A DNA stretch of 64,000 nt from the human T2T-CHM13v2.0 reference genome, Homo sapiens, in assembly GCF_009914755.1 (NCBI RefSeq), contig NC_060927.1; one strand, written 5' to 3'. Each line of letters starts with the position of its first letter. The first letter of the stretch is position 1. This document shows positions 1 through 14,344 of this stretch, in pieces. The notes under the pieces were generated by a model that was given only the letters and a program-made list of their open reading frames with translations, did not search any database and had not been told where the DNA came from. A program made the translations under genes and the position numbers.

Positions 1-1196
1 TCATTTAAATAAGGTTTTAGATTTATTAACACCATTGCACCTGTTGTGAGAAGCATTCTGTACAGATTAAATACAATGCGGAGAATGTCAAAAAGGAAAA
101 GACAGATGCTTTCTGATTAAGAGTGCAATATTTATGGCAGTCTGGTGATCCAATGCACATTTCCTCTGTCACTTAACAGCTGTTTTACATTTTTGTTTCA
201 ATCAGTATTTTTATTCTCTACAGGGCATGCCAGAGGGTCTATCTTTCTTAGTATATCAGAAGATCAATCCATGCCCTAGCAAGCTTCATATCATAAATTG
301 AAGCTCTGATTCCTCACTCTGTTTAACCTTATACTTTTCGCTGTTCTGTTTGAAACATTCTATTTTAAACCCAATTTACCTCTATAATAGAGCATTTAAC
401 ATTTAAATAATAATGAGATAAAAGAGTATTATAGCTTTTATGTAGCAGGAGTCATGGCATAATTGTTTCAATATCATTTAATAACCCAGGGACAGAAATT
501 CAAGTACCGTAGGTATTTTGAAACTCTTACTAAATTTTTTTAAAGCTAGATAACTTTGATACCAATTCTAATTTTTAAAGCAATATACAGCAGTATGTAA
601 TTATGCCTCTGTGTGTGTGTGTGTGTGAATTTTAACATTGAGGTAATTCTATGAGATAAAAGTAATAAAAGTAGTTCATTTGTGCAAATATAATACAGAT
701 ACAGTTTGACAATACACATATACAGATGTTGGAACAGTGTAACTCATAGTTTACCTGCTGATTTTTCATGTTTTACTTTAAGTAGAAGAATTTGTTACTT
801 TCATTACATTTCAGTCTTTCATTACATTTTCTATTTGGAACTGAGTCATAATCAATGTTAGGTAAACAGAAATAGTTCCAAAGTCCTTTAAAAGTTCTTG
901 ATTTAAGGAAACAAAATGGTTACATTTAACTGTGTATACGTTCTACTGATGTTTTGCAGTATCTGATGAAATCTGTTTCATGTGGGTAACTACAAAACTT
1001 ATATAAAGTCACTTAAGAATGAAATTTTACCTTTTCTACTTCAAAGTGTGCCAGTTGTAAACAAGATGAAAAGGGGTTCATTGGTGTTCTCTCTAGATCA
1101 TTATCTTTCTTTGTAACTTATTTTTTTAAAAATTTCTTACAATATGGTATTTAGATATATGTCATTATTATTTTCAGATCAGACTTGCTTCATTTA

Positions 1197-2175
1197 GTGC
1201 TGGGGTTCTCACATATTTTGGTCTAAAAATCCATTTACCCTCAAAAGTACCAAAGATTCCTCAAAACAGAGTTTTGATTATATGGTAATATCTACATAGT
1301 AGAAACTAGAAGTGAGAAAAATACATAATATTTATTTTAAAATTATTTCATAATATCAATAACTAAATTAGTATTACATTGTTATAATTATTAGCAATAT
1401 AAATAAATCTAATACAAACTAATGAAAATAACTTATTTTATTAAAAAATATTAACCAAGACAAAAATATAAATGAGAAGAGTGATGTTATCTTACAGTTT
1501 CAAAAATCTCTTTAAAAAAGGCTGAATAGGCCGGACGCGGTGGCTCATGCCTGTCATCTCTGCCCTTTGTGAGGCTGAGGCGGGAGGATCACCGGAGGTC
1601 AGGAGATCGAGACCAACCTGAAGAACATGGTGAAACCCCATCTCTACTAAAAATACAAAAATTAGCTGGGCGTGGTGGCGAGTGCCTGTAATCCCAGCTA
1701 CTCAGGAGGCTGAGATAGAAGAATCACTTGAATCCTGCAGGCGAAGGTTGCAGTGAGCCGAGATGGCGCCACTGCACTCCAGCCTGGGGGACAGCGTGAG
1801 ACTCTGTCTCTAAATAAATAAATAAATAAAGCCTGAATACAAGACAATTGGATTTTCATACCTGTTCCTGCATTATCTTTTGTAATATGTTGTTTTATTG
1901 TAAAAGTATGAAGAAAAATCTGCTCCAATATTTTATTCATATAATGACAAGTATTTTTCTTTGGAGCTACATTGAAACTTAATGAGTATTAGTTTCCTAA
2001 AGGTTAATATCAATGTGGAATCTTAATCCATCTTAATAAACTTTTTGTACTCCACACACTTGTGAATGTAGAGTGAAAATGAGAGTGAAAAGGGCATATA
2101 ATGTTACTAGCATTATAAAAATAGTTTTGATCTCCTGATCCTTGAAGGTCTCTGGCCCACACTTAGAGGAATGCT
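1197..2175. mobile_element. hAT-Charlie DNA transposon relic (Charlie1-like), interrupted by an Alu
   Basis: Degenerate ends (gtgctggggttctcac... / ...cccacacttagaggaatgc) and internal text (aaaaatctctttaa..., ggattttcatacctgttcctgcatt) resembling Charlie1. Confidence 0.55.
1529..1830 (+). mobile_element. AluS, full length, (TAAA)n tail
   Basis: GGCCGGACGCGGTGGCTCA start, central A linker, TSD aaag(g/c)ctgaata. Confidence 0.97.
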
Positions 2176-3355
2176 TATTTGAGGAAATGGACTTGGTTAG
2201 ACCAGTCTACTTTATTTTTTGTAATGTCTGACAAGGCATTCAACTACATCTTATTCAAAGATTTGAGCTGTGATTCTATATAAAACTGTGTATCTTTTCT
2301 GGGCATCTTTGAGTATTGCTATCCCATTCACCTGACAAACAGCATGAAGTAGAGAATAAAACACTGTCATAAACTGTGCTTCTACAAAGAATTCTGCTTC
2401 TTAAAGGCATTTCTTTAGAAGAGAAGGTTAAACTCCAATCAACAAATCAACAGTTATAGAGCAGACTTGAAAACCTTGATTGTACAGTATATGAAATGCC
2501 TGTCATAAAGGAAGCCTGTTAAAATTACTGTATACTTCCAAGAGTCTGAGGAATAAACACAAGAAGTTGAAATATGAGACAAATACTAAAAAAAAAAAAG
2601 AAGAATGGAGAATGGAGATACACTTAAAACACAAATGGATAATTTAAAAGATCTACTTCAAATTGCCTAATATTTTGAAATGGCTGCAAGGAGGACAGCT
2701 TTCCCTTAGCAGTTGTCCTTGCTTAGAAATCTAAATAAGAATATTTATTCTAAATGACTATATCATTGGATCAAAATATATAGCATACGCACTATATTTT
2801 AATTCTAATGCTGCTTTCAGTGATTATCTTGTGATCATCTTTGTTATGATGAAAGGAGTTTTCTAATAAAGCCTTTTTAAAAATAATTTCAATAATGCTA
2901 CTTGCAGGTGGGTTAATGATAAACCATGTTATAAAATTGACAACAGTCAAGTTAAGAATATAGGACAACTTTAACATATTTTATTAACTGTTAACAGATA
3001 TTTGTTATTTAGCCAGCAGTTATTAAGCACTTGCTGTGATCCAGGCACTGTGTTAGAAATACAAAGATGAATAAAACATGCCCCTCTTTCTCTCAAAGTG
3101 GTCACAGTCTAGATTCAAACTCAGTCGTATAAACAATTAAATAAAGTAAGTACAATAGAAGTTCTCATCATTGACTTCCATTTAACCAACACGCAGAACT
3201 GATTGACAATTTCCACTCCTTTAAAACGTAATGGCCAATGATCAAAGATTTCTGAAGCTCCTCACAGTAAGACCCTTTCTGGAGTTTTGTGGACTTTTAT
3301 TCTCTCAGGTTCAGTGATATGCTTGCGTGGAGTCAACTACATTCTCAAATCTATA

Positions 3356-3726
3356 CAGATGCTACTCGACTTACAGTGGGGTTACAGCCCAATAAACCCA
3401 CCATATGCTGACAATTTCCTGTCTAAAATGCATTTAATAAACCTAACCTACCAAACATGTTACCTTAGCCTAGCCTATACTCAGAACTCTTTCGGTACAG
3501 CAGTCAATAAATTACATGATATATTCAACAGCTTATTATAAAATAGACTTTGTGATACATTATTGATCCCAGCATCAAGAGAGTATCGTGTTGCATATCA
3601 CTAGCCCATAAAAAAGACCAAAATTCAAAATTTGAAGTATGGTTCCTACTGAATGTTTATCACTTTCACACCATCATAAAGTGGAAAAATTGTGAAGTCA
3701 AACCATCGTAAGTTGGAGACTGTCTG
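3356..3726 (+). mobile_element. TcMar-Tigger MITE, MER47A-like
   Basis: TA-flanked TIRs cagatgctactcgacttac... / ...gtaagttggagactgtctg; internal cttagcctagccta. Confidence 0.75.
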
Positions 3727-4346
3727 TATATGCCCTTTGCAAATGCAATTGTATCTCATGATTAGACAATTTAATTGTTACATAAGCTTGTGAATCGTGA
3801 ATATGAAAGAAAAGCTGCTAAGAAACCTATATTTACGACAATCTGAAAGGATGAGCTGCAAAAAAAAAAAAAAAATCAGATGTGTGGGGAACCAGGCAAC
3901 TATCAAAGACTGGAGGAAATTGATAGTAATCTGGATGCATTCTGAAATCAGTTTACTTCATGAGTATTTTTAAAAGTTTTAAACAAGAGGCAGTAATGCA
4001 GATAATGTATAGGGCAAGAAAGAAATAATAGAATTTTATTCAACAAGACAATGTTCAGAGAAAAAGCCTTGGCTTTACTTCAAAATATTGGCCAATAAAT
4101 GTGCACTCACAGGTTTTTAATTAAAATACAAAGTTTTACTTAATTTGGTTTCTTTTTAAAAAACTGATTATTTATATGAACTAGCTTCTAATTAATTAAC
4201 CTGTCAACCAGTAGGACAAATCATATTTGCCAAGAGGACAGTAAAATGATAAAGGCAAGGTAGAGCAAGGAAAATTATATTGAACAAACACTTATATAAT
4301 GTTTGCGTCAGGCATTGTTCTGTTCTAAGTCTTTTATACATGTTAA

Positions 4347-4787
<441 letters not shown>

Positions 4788-4889
4788 TGATAGAATCAAG
4801 ATTCCAACCTAACATTCTATCACCAGATTTCTGGACTCTTTTCTCTACTTTTATGCTGTTTCTCAAGGTTTTCTAGACAAAATGATGTA

Positions 4890-5713
4890 TAGTCATGTGT
4901 CTCTAATGATGGAAATATGTTCTGAGAAATGTCATTAGGTGATTTTGTTGTGTAAACATCATGGAGTGTACTTACACAAAACTAGATGGTATAGCCTCCT
5001 AGACACCTAGGCTATATGGCGTAGCCTATTCATCCTAGGCCACAAACCTGCACAGCATGATACTGTAGACTGTACTGAATACTAGAGACAATTATAATAC
5101 AATGGTATTTGTGAATCTAAACATATAAAAAGTGCAGTAAAGTACAATATAAAAGTTAAAAAGTGGTACACATGTATAGGGCACTTATTATGAATGGAGC
5201 TTTCAGGACTGGAAGTTTCTCTGGGTGAATGAGTAAGTGGTGAGTGAATGTGAAGGCCTAGGACATTTCTGTGCACTATTAAAGACTTAATAAACACTAT
5301 ACACATAGGCTACACTAAATTTATTTTAAAAATCTTTCTTTAGTAATAAATAACCTTAGTTTACTGTAACTTTTTTACTTTGTAAACTTTTTTTTAACTT
5401 TTTGACCCTTTTGTAATAACATTTAGCTTAAAACCCAACATATTATAGAGCTGTAGAAAAATATTTTCTTGTTTGCTATCCTTATTCTATAAGCTTTTTT
5501 CTATTTTTATAAATTATTTATTTATTTACTTTAAAAAATTTTTTTTGTTAAAAACTAAGGCACAGACACACACACTAACCGAGGCCTCCACAGCATTAGG
5601 ATCTTCAAGACCTCATTAGGCAACAGGAACTTTTCAGTATCATTGTACTCTTATGGGAGTACCATAGCATATGCCATCCATCATTGACCAACATGTTATG
5701 CAGGACGTGACTG
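4890..5713 (+). mobile_element. Tigger3 (Golem/MER7)-type DNA transposon relic
   Basis: agtcatgtgtctctaatgatgg...ttctgagaaatg start; acacctaggctatatgg motif; end ...ttatgcaggacgtgactg. Confidence 0.8.
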
Positions 5714-8700
5714 GATTTCTAAAACACCTTTTATCTTCTGCTAGATTCATGGTGAAGTATAATGCAACAGTGCTTAATTCTTATTCTTCTAGTTTTCTAT
5801 ACAAAGGTCCTAAATGTTTTAGCTTTGGCCATTCTCAACGTTAAGCAATAGCTATAAATGGGTAATATTTCTTAGCTGAATTGAAAATAAACTGATAATT
5901 TATAAATACTGACAAGAACTAATGTTAATGTTTCCTTGTAGTAGTTTGTTTATTGTTTTACAAAACAGAGCCTATAACTAGATTCTATGCATCCAAAAGT
6001 TTACATTTCCAAAAAATATAAGTGGAATGAATTAAGGGCATTATAGGAAAAATATGATAAAATCAACCTACTCTAAACATGAGTATTTAGTTTCCTAAAT
6101 TAAAAAAAAATAAAGATATGATGACGATTTTCCTTGTCTCTTCATTCCTTGGTAATTGTCCGTGTAATGTAAAGGTGAGTTGCTTTTATGTTGCATTTGT
6201 TCTATCCCTTGTTTCCTAATTTTATTTCCAAGTTGATTTTGGAATATGAGGAGATGAACAAGTTCATGTCTTCTAATTTCCATGACAATGCCACATTTCT
6301 TTGAGTAGAATATTTTTAGATTTGAAAATATTTTGGAAACTAATTTAGATGATTTTTTTAAAAATTTAAGATTAAAATGTTAAGAACAGGTTTGATACCC
6401 ATGTGCTCTAACAATAAACTCCAGTAGGAAATGACTCATCTGGAGCTCAAATAGCTGTGGATGATGACTATGGCCATGAATGAATTTCCACGCCCTGTTC
6501 TTGAATCTCCACAACTTAATCTTATTTTATTTACATCGGGAATGGCAGGTTTCTATGTCTAGTTCACAGCTTGTATACACAGAAACTTATCTTGTTTTTA
6601 TTTTTTAAATAAGCAAATGTTTCTGTACAGACTACAAAGAAGACATAGCCTTGAAGTCTCATAAATGTTAAAAAATAAAAAAAAAATAGATTGAGGTCAA
6701 CGCTACTTGGCTTATAAAGATCACTACTTCTTCTTCATGAAAGTTTTGGCTTTTACATTAGTCTCAAGAGGGCTGCAGTTGTCTTCAGTCTCCTTTCATG
6801 CTGTTTTTGTTCCTGTGACTTTAAATGGATGGAAATAATGCTGAAGAGAACAAAGTATTTACCAGTATTTTGATTTCTACAGTCTCTTCTCAATAGCTAT
6901 AGCCTTGAAATTATTCATGTCTAATATTCTGTTACAAGTGAAGAACATTTTAATTCTAAATAGTGCAATGTTTATGTAGTACTGAAAGTGGACAAAGGTG
7001 AGAAAAAATAAACTCTACCTTTATGTACAAGGTCATTTTCAGTTTCCTAAACCAGTACTTTGTTGCTTTATTTTTATTCATGATGATTCTTATTAGAGCA
7101 TTAGAAATTTTACATATACTACATGCTTACAAATAATTTCTAATTAATGACTCAGGTATATATAATTAATACAACCATAATACATATAAGAATTTTGGGT
7201 AAATGCTGCTGGGACCTATGCTTAGAAATAATAACATTGGATTAGGACATTGCCCATGGCAAAACATTGGGGTTAAATTTAGGGTGCTTTGTCTCCCACT
7301 ACTAGGCAAACCCCATTGACTACCACTGGTTTGAAGACTTCCAGCAGTTCAGGGATGATTTTGAACAATCCAAATGATTAAAGTAAGATCAGAGGCATCT
7401 TTGGTGAAAGGATGGTCCCAAGAGTAGTGGGTCCACGGATGTGCATGGCCCTGACTCCCTCTGATGGACTGACACCAACACTCATTGACTCATTGATTTT
7501 TAGAGTAGCATTGATCGTGGATCCCAAATATTTTTATTCATTACTCTATAGTAAAAGGAAATAAATGCTTAGACAGATTCATTCAATTGACTGAAAGTTT
7601 TTAATAAGAGTTAATTGCAGACTTAGTTCTCCCTACTCCCAGTGCTTTTAAACTCCTATATGTTTTATTCTTGCTCTTGCTTCTTTTTCACCTATGTAGT
7701 TCAAACTCATAATGTTAAAGGGTCAACAGTATTTTCAGTTTTTTAGTTGATTCTGAAATTTAGTCTATTTCAACTGATTAAACTTGATATTTTATATTTG
7801 CTCACAGATGAAGCCATAGCCTGGGCTTCTCCTAAATTTTCAGGTGAACATGAGGCAATGGTAGCAATGAAGGCATATATATTACATGGAAAAATAATAA
7901 ATATTTAAATGTCATGAATCAAATTAAAACACTGTTAAATAAAATTTTATCTTCCTTCCTAACTTGAGAAAAACCTATTTAACATGATTGGGAAGGGTGG
8001 GTTAAAATTTAATGTTCTTAGACTCCCGAGAATCCCATGCCCTAATGTGGTAAAAGAGGAAGTACTGGTCCCCAAGCCCCTCATTAGTGATTCTTGACCT
8101 ATTTTTCCTTTGCTGCCTACTTTGACCCCGTCTCGTACCATGAGAGACTTTGCATATGTGTGGACACCCAGTTTGCATTTTTAAGCACAGTTCATAACCC
8201 ACACAAATAGTTGCTCCTCACCCACTTCCTTGGCTTTGTATTACACTGTGGAGGGACAGACGACAGACCAGATGTGATACACCTGGAGATGATACACCTG
8301 GGGAAGAGGACAACTCAATCACTGGAAGCCAATATGGGGCCATTTGTGCAGGGAATTCTGAGATCCTAGAACTCAGGGTAACTAGAACTTGATCAAAAGG
8401 GGAGTTGTGGACTCTGTACACATCTATGTTGATTTAACTTTGAAAAACCTTGGGGTAAAAAAAAAAAAAAATGCCTAGACTGTACAACCCAAACTTTGAG
8501 TATGCCAAAAGACAGTAACGCCTGGTAGGAAAAGTATGTATATTCTTTAATAAACCTGATCCAATGCCTTAATCTTGTTACCTAAGATTGGTCCCTAAGA
8601 AATGTGGACACCTGAGCCAATTATTATAGAGTCATTGGCAATCTCAATTGGGTTTTGGTCTAAACTGGGTTTTAAAAGGTGTAGCTGTTCAGTGGTTGTG

Positions 8701-8832
8701 ACCAGAACCTGTGAGGTACTCAATACAGCAAACCATTCCCAGGATATGGTTGAAAATAGATTTCAAAATATAATACTATAGGGGTATAAAAAGAAGTAAG
8801 AAGTTGTCCCAAAATGTAGAATCTTCAGTTAA

Positions 8833-9206
<374 letters not shown>

Positions 9207-10299
9207 AGGAGACTTTCTAAGCAAAGAAATACATAATCAAACTTGATCAAACTACGGGCAAGCTCAAAACGTTTACTAATTGCCATCAACTCCAATTTAA
9301 AGATTATGGCCACATACTACTTTGAAAAGTTTGTAGAATGGTGTGTTTTATAACCCATAAATGGTGTGTGTATACATACCAAAATATTTTAGGCAAAGAA
9401 ACATATTTAGATATTTTTTGACAGAGGATCATTAGAATTTATGTGTTTGAATCTTAATGAGAAGCATGTAAATTCTAAATTAAAACAGTAGAAAGAAAGA
9501 AGGGAGTGTTGGTTAAGAATTTAATCTGAATTTATTCAAGTTACTTTTGTTCTACTGGTAGCCATAGTACTTTAGTTTATATCTTGCAGAGATAACCCTG
9601 CTGTGTAGCATAATATAAATAAAATATTATACCAGAAAGCTAAATAGTCCTACTATTTGCTTGAAACATTGGTACTGGTAAATAAATGGATAAATCAATG
9701 TATGGATACAATTTGTTGTTACCATTTTGATGATAGTTACTAAGTGCTCACAAATATTAATTCCCTCCTTTCTATCCTTATTTTCTTCCTTCTTTCCTTC
9801 TCTCCTTTCCTTTCTTCCTTCCTTTCTTCTTTCCTCTGTTTCTTCTTTTTTAAATTTCTACCTTTAATTAAAATTTGATCATTGTGTATATATAATTCCT
9901 ATTTATCTATCTAAAATAAAATTAATATAGCTTTTCATGTTATTTAAAAACACGTAAACATACCATTACATAGTTGCATCATAATTGATATAACTATTAA
10001 ATGCTGTTGGATATTAAGTTTGCCTGCATTGTTTTGTTATTATAAGAAACCTTTTGTTGAGCATTTTTAGAATTGATATTTGTTCCTCTCTCTAATTCTT
10101 CTAGGATAAATTTCTAAGCATAAAATTTGGACCAAAGTAAATATTTAAGCCCCTTGACAAAATTGAAAAAAAAAACAAAAAACCAAAAACCTCCCCGAAT
10201 GGTGGTACATTTAAAAACCTTCGTGGCAGAGCATGAGAGTACTGTTTAAAGTCAGCTTGCCAAAAATGTGCCTTTAAAAATATATATTTACCAATTCTT

Positions 10300-10576
10300 G
10301 GCCGGGTGTGGTGGTTCACGCCTATAATCCCAACACTTTGGGAGGCCGAGGCAGGCGGGTCACGAGGTCAGGAGATCGAGACCATCCTGGCTAACACGGT
10401 GAAGCCCCATCTCTCCTAAAAATACAAAAAATTAGCCGGGCGTGGTGGCGGGCGACTGTAATCCCAGCTACTCAGCAGGCTGAGGCAGGAGAATGGTGTG
10501 AACCCGGGAGGTGGAGCTGGCAGTGAGCCAAGATTGGGCCACTGCACTCCAGCCTGGGCGACAGAGCGAGACTCCG

Positions 10577-10580
<4 letters not shown>
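10300..10580 (+). mobile_element. AluY whose tail is an (AT)n tract
   Basis: Full dimer with AluY diagnostics; flanking taccaatt(c/a)tt TSD. Confidence 0.96.

Positions 10581-10627
<47 letters not shown>
10581..10627. repeat. (AT)23 microsatellite
   Basis: Direct count. Confidence 0.98.
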
Positions 10628-10629
<2 letters not shown>

Positions 10630-12122
10630 AATTATTTGTTTCAATTGATTTTTTTTGTATATTAACATAATCAATGTCAATTGATTGACCTGTTGAATTT
10701 TTTTTTTTTTTTGGAAAGAATAGTCGATATAGTGTCTGTATCTGGAAATAAATATAGTAACATAGCAAGATATTTAAATCTTCTTCCAGATGTAAGAATA
10801 GAAATAATATGGTATAGAGGTTACTTTGAGGACTTATCACAAGACATTATAAATTTGTGATTAACTTAATAATCAGTACCAAGATGGCATTTATAAAGGA
10901 ATCTATGTTCAAATTTAGCAAGGTATGAATCTATCTGCAGATCAACATGATCAAATTTTGGAGGCTAAACTTCATTAAAGCTTTGAAGTGTTGAAGCTAG
11001 GAAATAGAAAATGCATGATGACCAGGTTGACAGGTATCAGGGACTGGCTTATGAAAGTCCCACTATATTGATTCAATCTACTACAAGGACATTGTATATA
11101 GAACCCCTTCAACAAAGTCATAGAAGTTCCGAAAAGGGTGGGAGAGAGGATACAATGAAAACAATTGGAGTTAAAAGTGTGCATAAATCAGGGTTTAATG
11201 ATTTCAAGGACATAGTTTGAAAATTATAGGTATTTGCTTTCAGTACTGAACAAAGGTATGTGTGTGTGCTTAGGGATGAAGGGGGGTGCGAATTATTAAG
11301 AGGCCCAGGGCATGATTAATGTTCCTGTCTAGTGGGCATGCCACCCCTTCAAAATAGCTTGTGCTGTTACTACACTATGATTAACCTGTAAGGCAAGAGA
11401 AAAATAGACTCATACGGCATTGCACTCTATCATTCCCTGATATTTTTTAGGAGGTGTCATAGGAAAAAATGACACTTCAACTTGTATAGGTGGGTGGATG
11501 GGGTTAGTGTGGAAGTGGAAGGTATAGAGTCCTGAATATAAATGCTATTTATGATATCTCTATTTTGTCTGTTTTATTATTGATTTTCCTGTGTTTTCAT
11601 ATATAAAGCATATTTTTCTCAATATGAAGAATGAAATTTAACTTAATTTAAACAGAAGATTTAACTCTGATGCTAAAAGAAATATCAGTCACATAGGCTT
11701 AGAAGTTTCCTAAAAGCATTTGTTCAACTAGTTTATGTTTCTGAAAAATATTCCAGAGGGGAAAAAATGGAAAGGAACAAATGTGGTTTGTTAACAGAAA
11801 ATAATTTTTTTTTTATTTCTTAAAAATGTTAATCATCATCCCAATTAGGTTTAATTGAGCACAAACAATGTGCAGAACACTATGCTATGCATTAAGAACA
11901 GATAAAGCTAAGATATCATCCATGATGCTCAAAGGATTTATAATCTCTTTAGAACATCCAGGCATGAGTATAAACAAACAAATGACAATAAAAGTAAAGT
12001 GAAGTTCAGTGCCAAGTAATTTCTGTAGACACTAAGGGTATCTGAGCCATATCAAACTGAGTGACTCATTTAACATTTTAATTATTTTTATTTTTCTAGA
12101 AATATATATTTATATATGCGCA

Positions 12123-12126
12123 TGTG

Positions 12127-12190
<64 letters not shown>
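12123..12190. repeat. (GT)n(AT)23 compound microsatellite
   Basis: Direct reading; AT run 12145-12190. Confidence 0.98.
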
Positions 12191-12195
<5 letters not shown>

Positions 12196-12896
12196 AAAAT
12201 GCTTTATATATATAACATTGTCATAGATTCCTGGACAACATTATGTAATACAGATACACCCATCATAGGTGAAGTAAACCTCAAGAGTAATATAGTGGAA
12301 AAATAAAATCTGAGGCTGTAGCTATCAAATGATAAATCAGAGAGGTAGTCATTTCAGCAGAGAGCAGGTCTTACAAGTCTGCAAAGCACTGTACTTCTCT
12401 GGAGCTCAAAGTGACTGCACTATAAATGCTATTCTTTCATAGTAATGTTCAGGGTCAGTTTCTAAAATCATCCGTTGATTGGCTACCCATAGAATTCATT
12501 TATAAAACTTTCTGGGTATAATGGTATCTTTTTAATTCAGAATCTAGGCTTCTGGAAACACTCCTTACACAGGACATAGCCATAATTCCTTTCATGCAAG
12601 CATTATTTTTGAAATCATCATTGACTATTTTGTTCCTCACACCCTAGTCTATTCTTTTCTTTTTCTTTTCTTTTTTTTTTTTTTTTTGTCAGCTACTCTA
12701 TTGCTGAGTTCAATTATTTTTTCTTATGGTCTATCTTACAGTTGTCATTTAATCTTTAATAATTGTTACCTAATTCAGGCAATTCATTATTTCTTCACAT
12801 CTAGATTTTTGGTTTCTTTACATGTAGACTGTAGTTACCTTTTCACGACCATGTCATCCTATAAAGTACTTGGAGACTAACTTAAAAAGCTGTTTT

Positions 12897-13280
12897 ATAC
12901 ACCATGGAATACTATGCAGCCATAAAAAATGATGAGTTCATGCCCTTTGTAGGGACATGGATGCAATTGGAAATCATCATTCTCAGTAAACTATAGCAAG
13001 AACAAAAAATCAAACACTGCATATTCTCACTCATAGGTGGGAATTGAACAATGAGAACACATGGACACAGGAGGGGGAACATCACACTCTGGGGACTGTT
13101 GTGGGGTGGGGGGAGGGGTGAGGGATAGCATTGGGAGATATACCTAATGCTAGATGACGAGTTATTGGGTGCAGCACACCAGCATGGCACATGTATACAT
13201 ATGTAACTAACCTGCACATTGTGCACATGTACCCTAAAACTTAAAGTATAATAATAATAAAATAAAAAAAAGAAAAAAAA
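12897..13280 (+). mobile_element. 5'-truncated young L1PA (about PA2-PA4) 3' end
   Basis: ORF2 end and 3'UTR (atggaatactatgcagccataaaaaatgatgag, G-tract, aaagtataataat, polyA); TSD aaaaagctgtttt. Confidence 0.95.
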
Positions 13281-13356
13281 GCTGTTTTGATTATGTCCCC
13301 TCTCCTCTTAATTTCCTTCATTTAACACCTTTCCATGCTTTCATTGAACAATTCTT

Positions 13357-13583
13357 TTTTAAAAAAATTAATTTTATTATATTTTAAGTTCCAAGGTACA
13401 GTGCAGGATGTGCAGGTCTGTTACATAGGTAAACCTGTACCATGATGGTTTGCTGCACCAATCAACCCATCACCTAGGTATTAAGCTCCGTATGCATTAG
13501 CTCTTTATCCTGATGCTCTCCCTCCCACTGCCCCCTCAAAAGCCCCCAGTATGTGTTGCTCCCCTCCCTGTGCCCATGTGTTC
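13357..13583 (-). mobile_element. 5'-truncated older L1PA (about PA8-10) 3'UTR
   Basis: Reverse L1 3'UTR; 16-bp TSD tcattgaacaattctt (13341-13356, 13584-13599). Confidence 0.9.
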
Positions 13584-13828
13584 TCATTGAACAATTCTTA
13601 ATGATACCATAAATAACATAATATTTCCTTTTAACACAAGTATTTTCTTTACCATTGTGATAACGTCTAAGCAGGTAATGCCTTGAAGTGGTTTATGTTT
13701 TCTTTTCTCTTCATAGTGAGTATGCTAATTAAGCTAGAGGTTTTGTAAGCATATTTGTATGGCACATTTTTGCCTAGAGTGTAGAACCATGAAACAGGAC
13801 AGTGAAGTGGGTTAATGCCTAATTAACA

Positions 13829-14260
13829 GTGTATTCGTTTCTTGGAGTTTCCAAAGTCCCACAAACTGAGTGACTTAAACAAGAGAAATTTATCATTTAA
13901 TCATTCTGGAGACTAAAATTCCAATATCAAGATGTCATTAGGTAGGATTGGTTCTTCTGAGGGTGGCAAGGAGAAACTGTTCCATGCTTTGCTTTTAGCT
14001 TTTTGTGGTTTGCTGCCAATGTTTAGCATTTCTTGGCTTGTAGAGCATAATTCCAGTCTTGACATGATGGTTCCCCTTGTCTGCTTTTGTGTCCAAATTT
14101 CTTCTAAGGATGCAGTCATATTAGGGCCCACTCTCAAAAAAAAAACCTCCCGTTAACTTAGTCACCTGCAAAGACCCTCTCTCCCAATAAGGTCACATTC
14201 ACATGTATTGAGAATTAGGGCTTCAACATCTTTTGGGGAAAACCAATTCAACCTGTGACA
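13829..14260 (-). mobile_element. MaLR solo LTR, MLT1C-like
   Basis: acaaactgagtgacttaaacaa...; aataaggtcacattcac; ends caattcaacctgtgaca. Confidence 0.8.
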
Positions 14261-14344
14261 AAGAGTAAGATACCACCTTTATGTGGACTGCAGAGGATTG
14301 TTATTTTTAGGAAATAGGTTTCTTACTTGATCATGTTGCTATTC

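Noticed and set aside
7960-8800. Slightly GC-richer block with a 15-bp tandem repeat (gatacacctgg)
   Set aside because: Could be an old LTR or DNA element, but I cannot assign it and there is no coding or structural evidence.
12912-13226. 104-aa minus-strand ORF
   Set aside because: Antisense reading of an L1 3'UTR.
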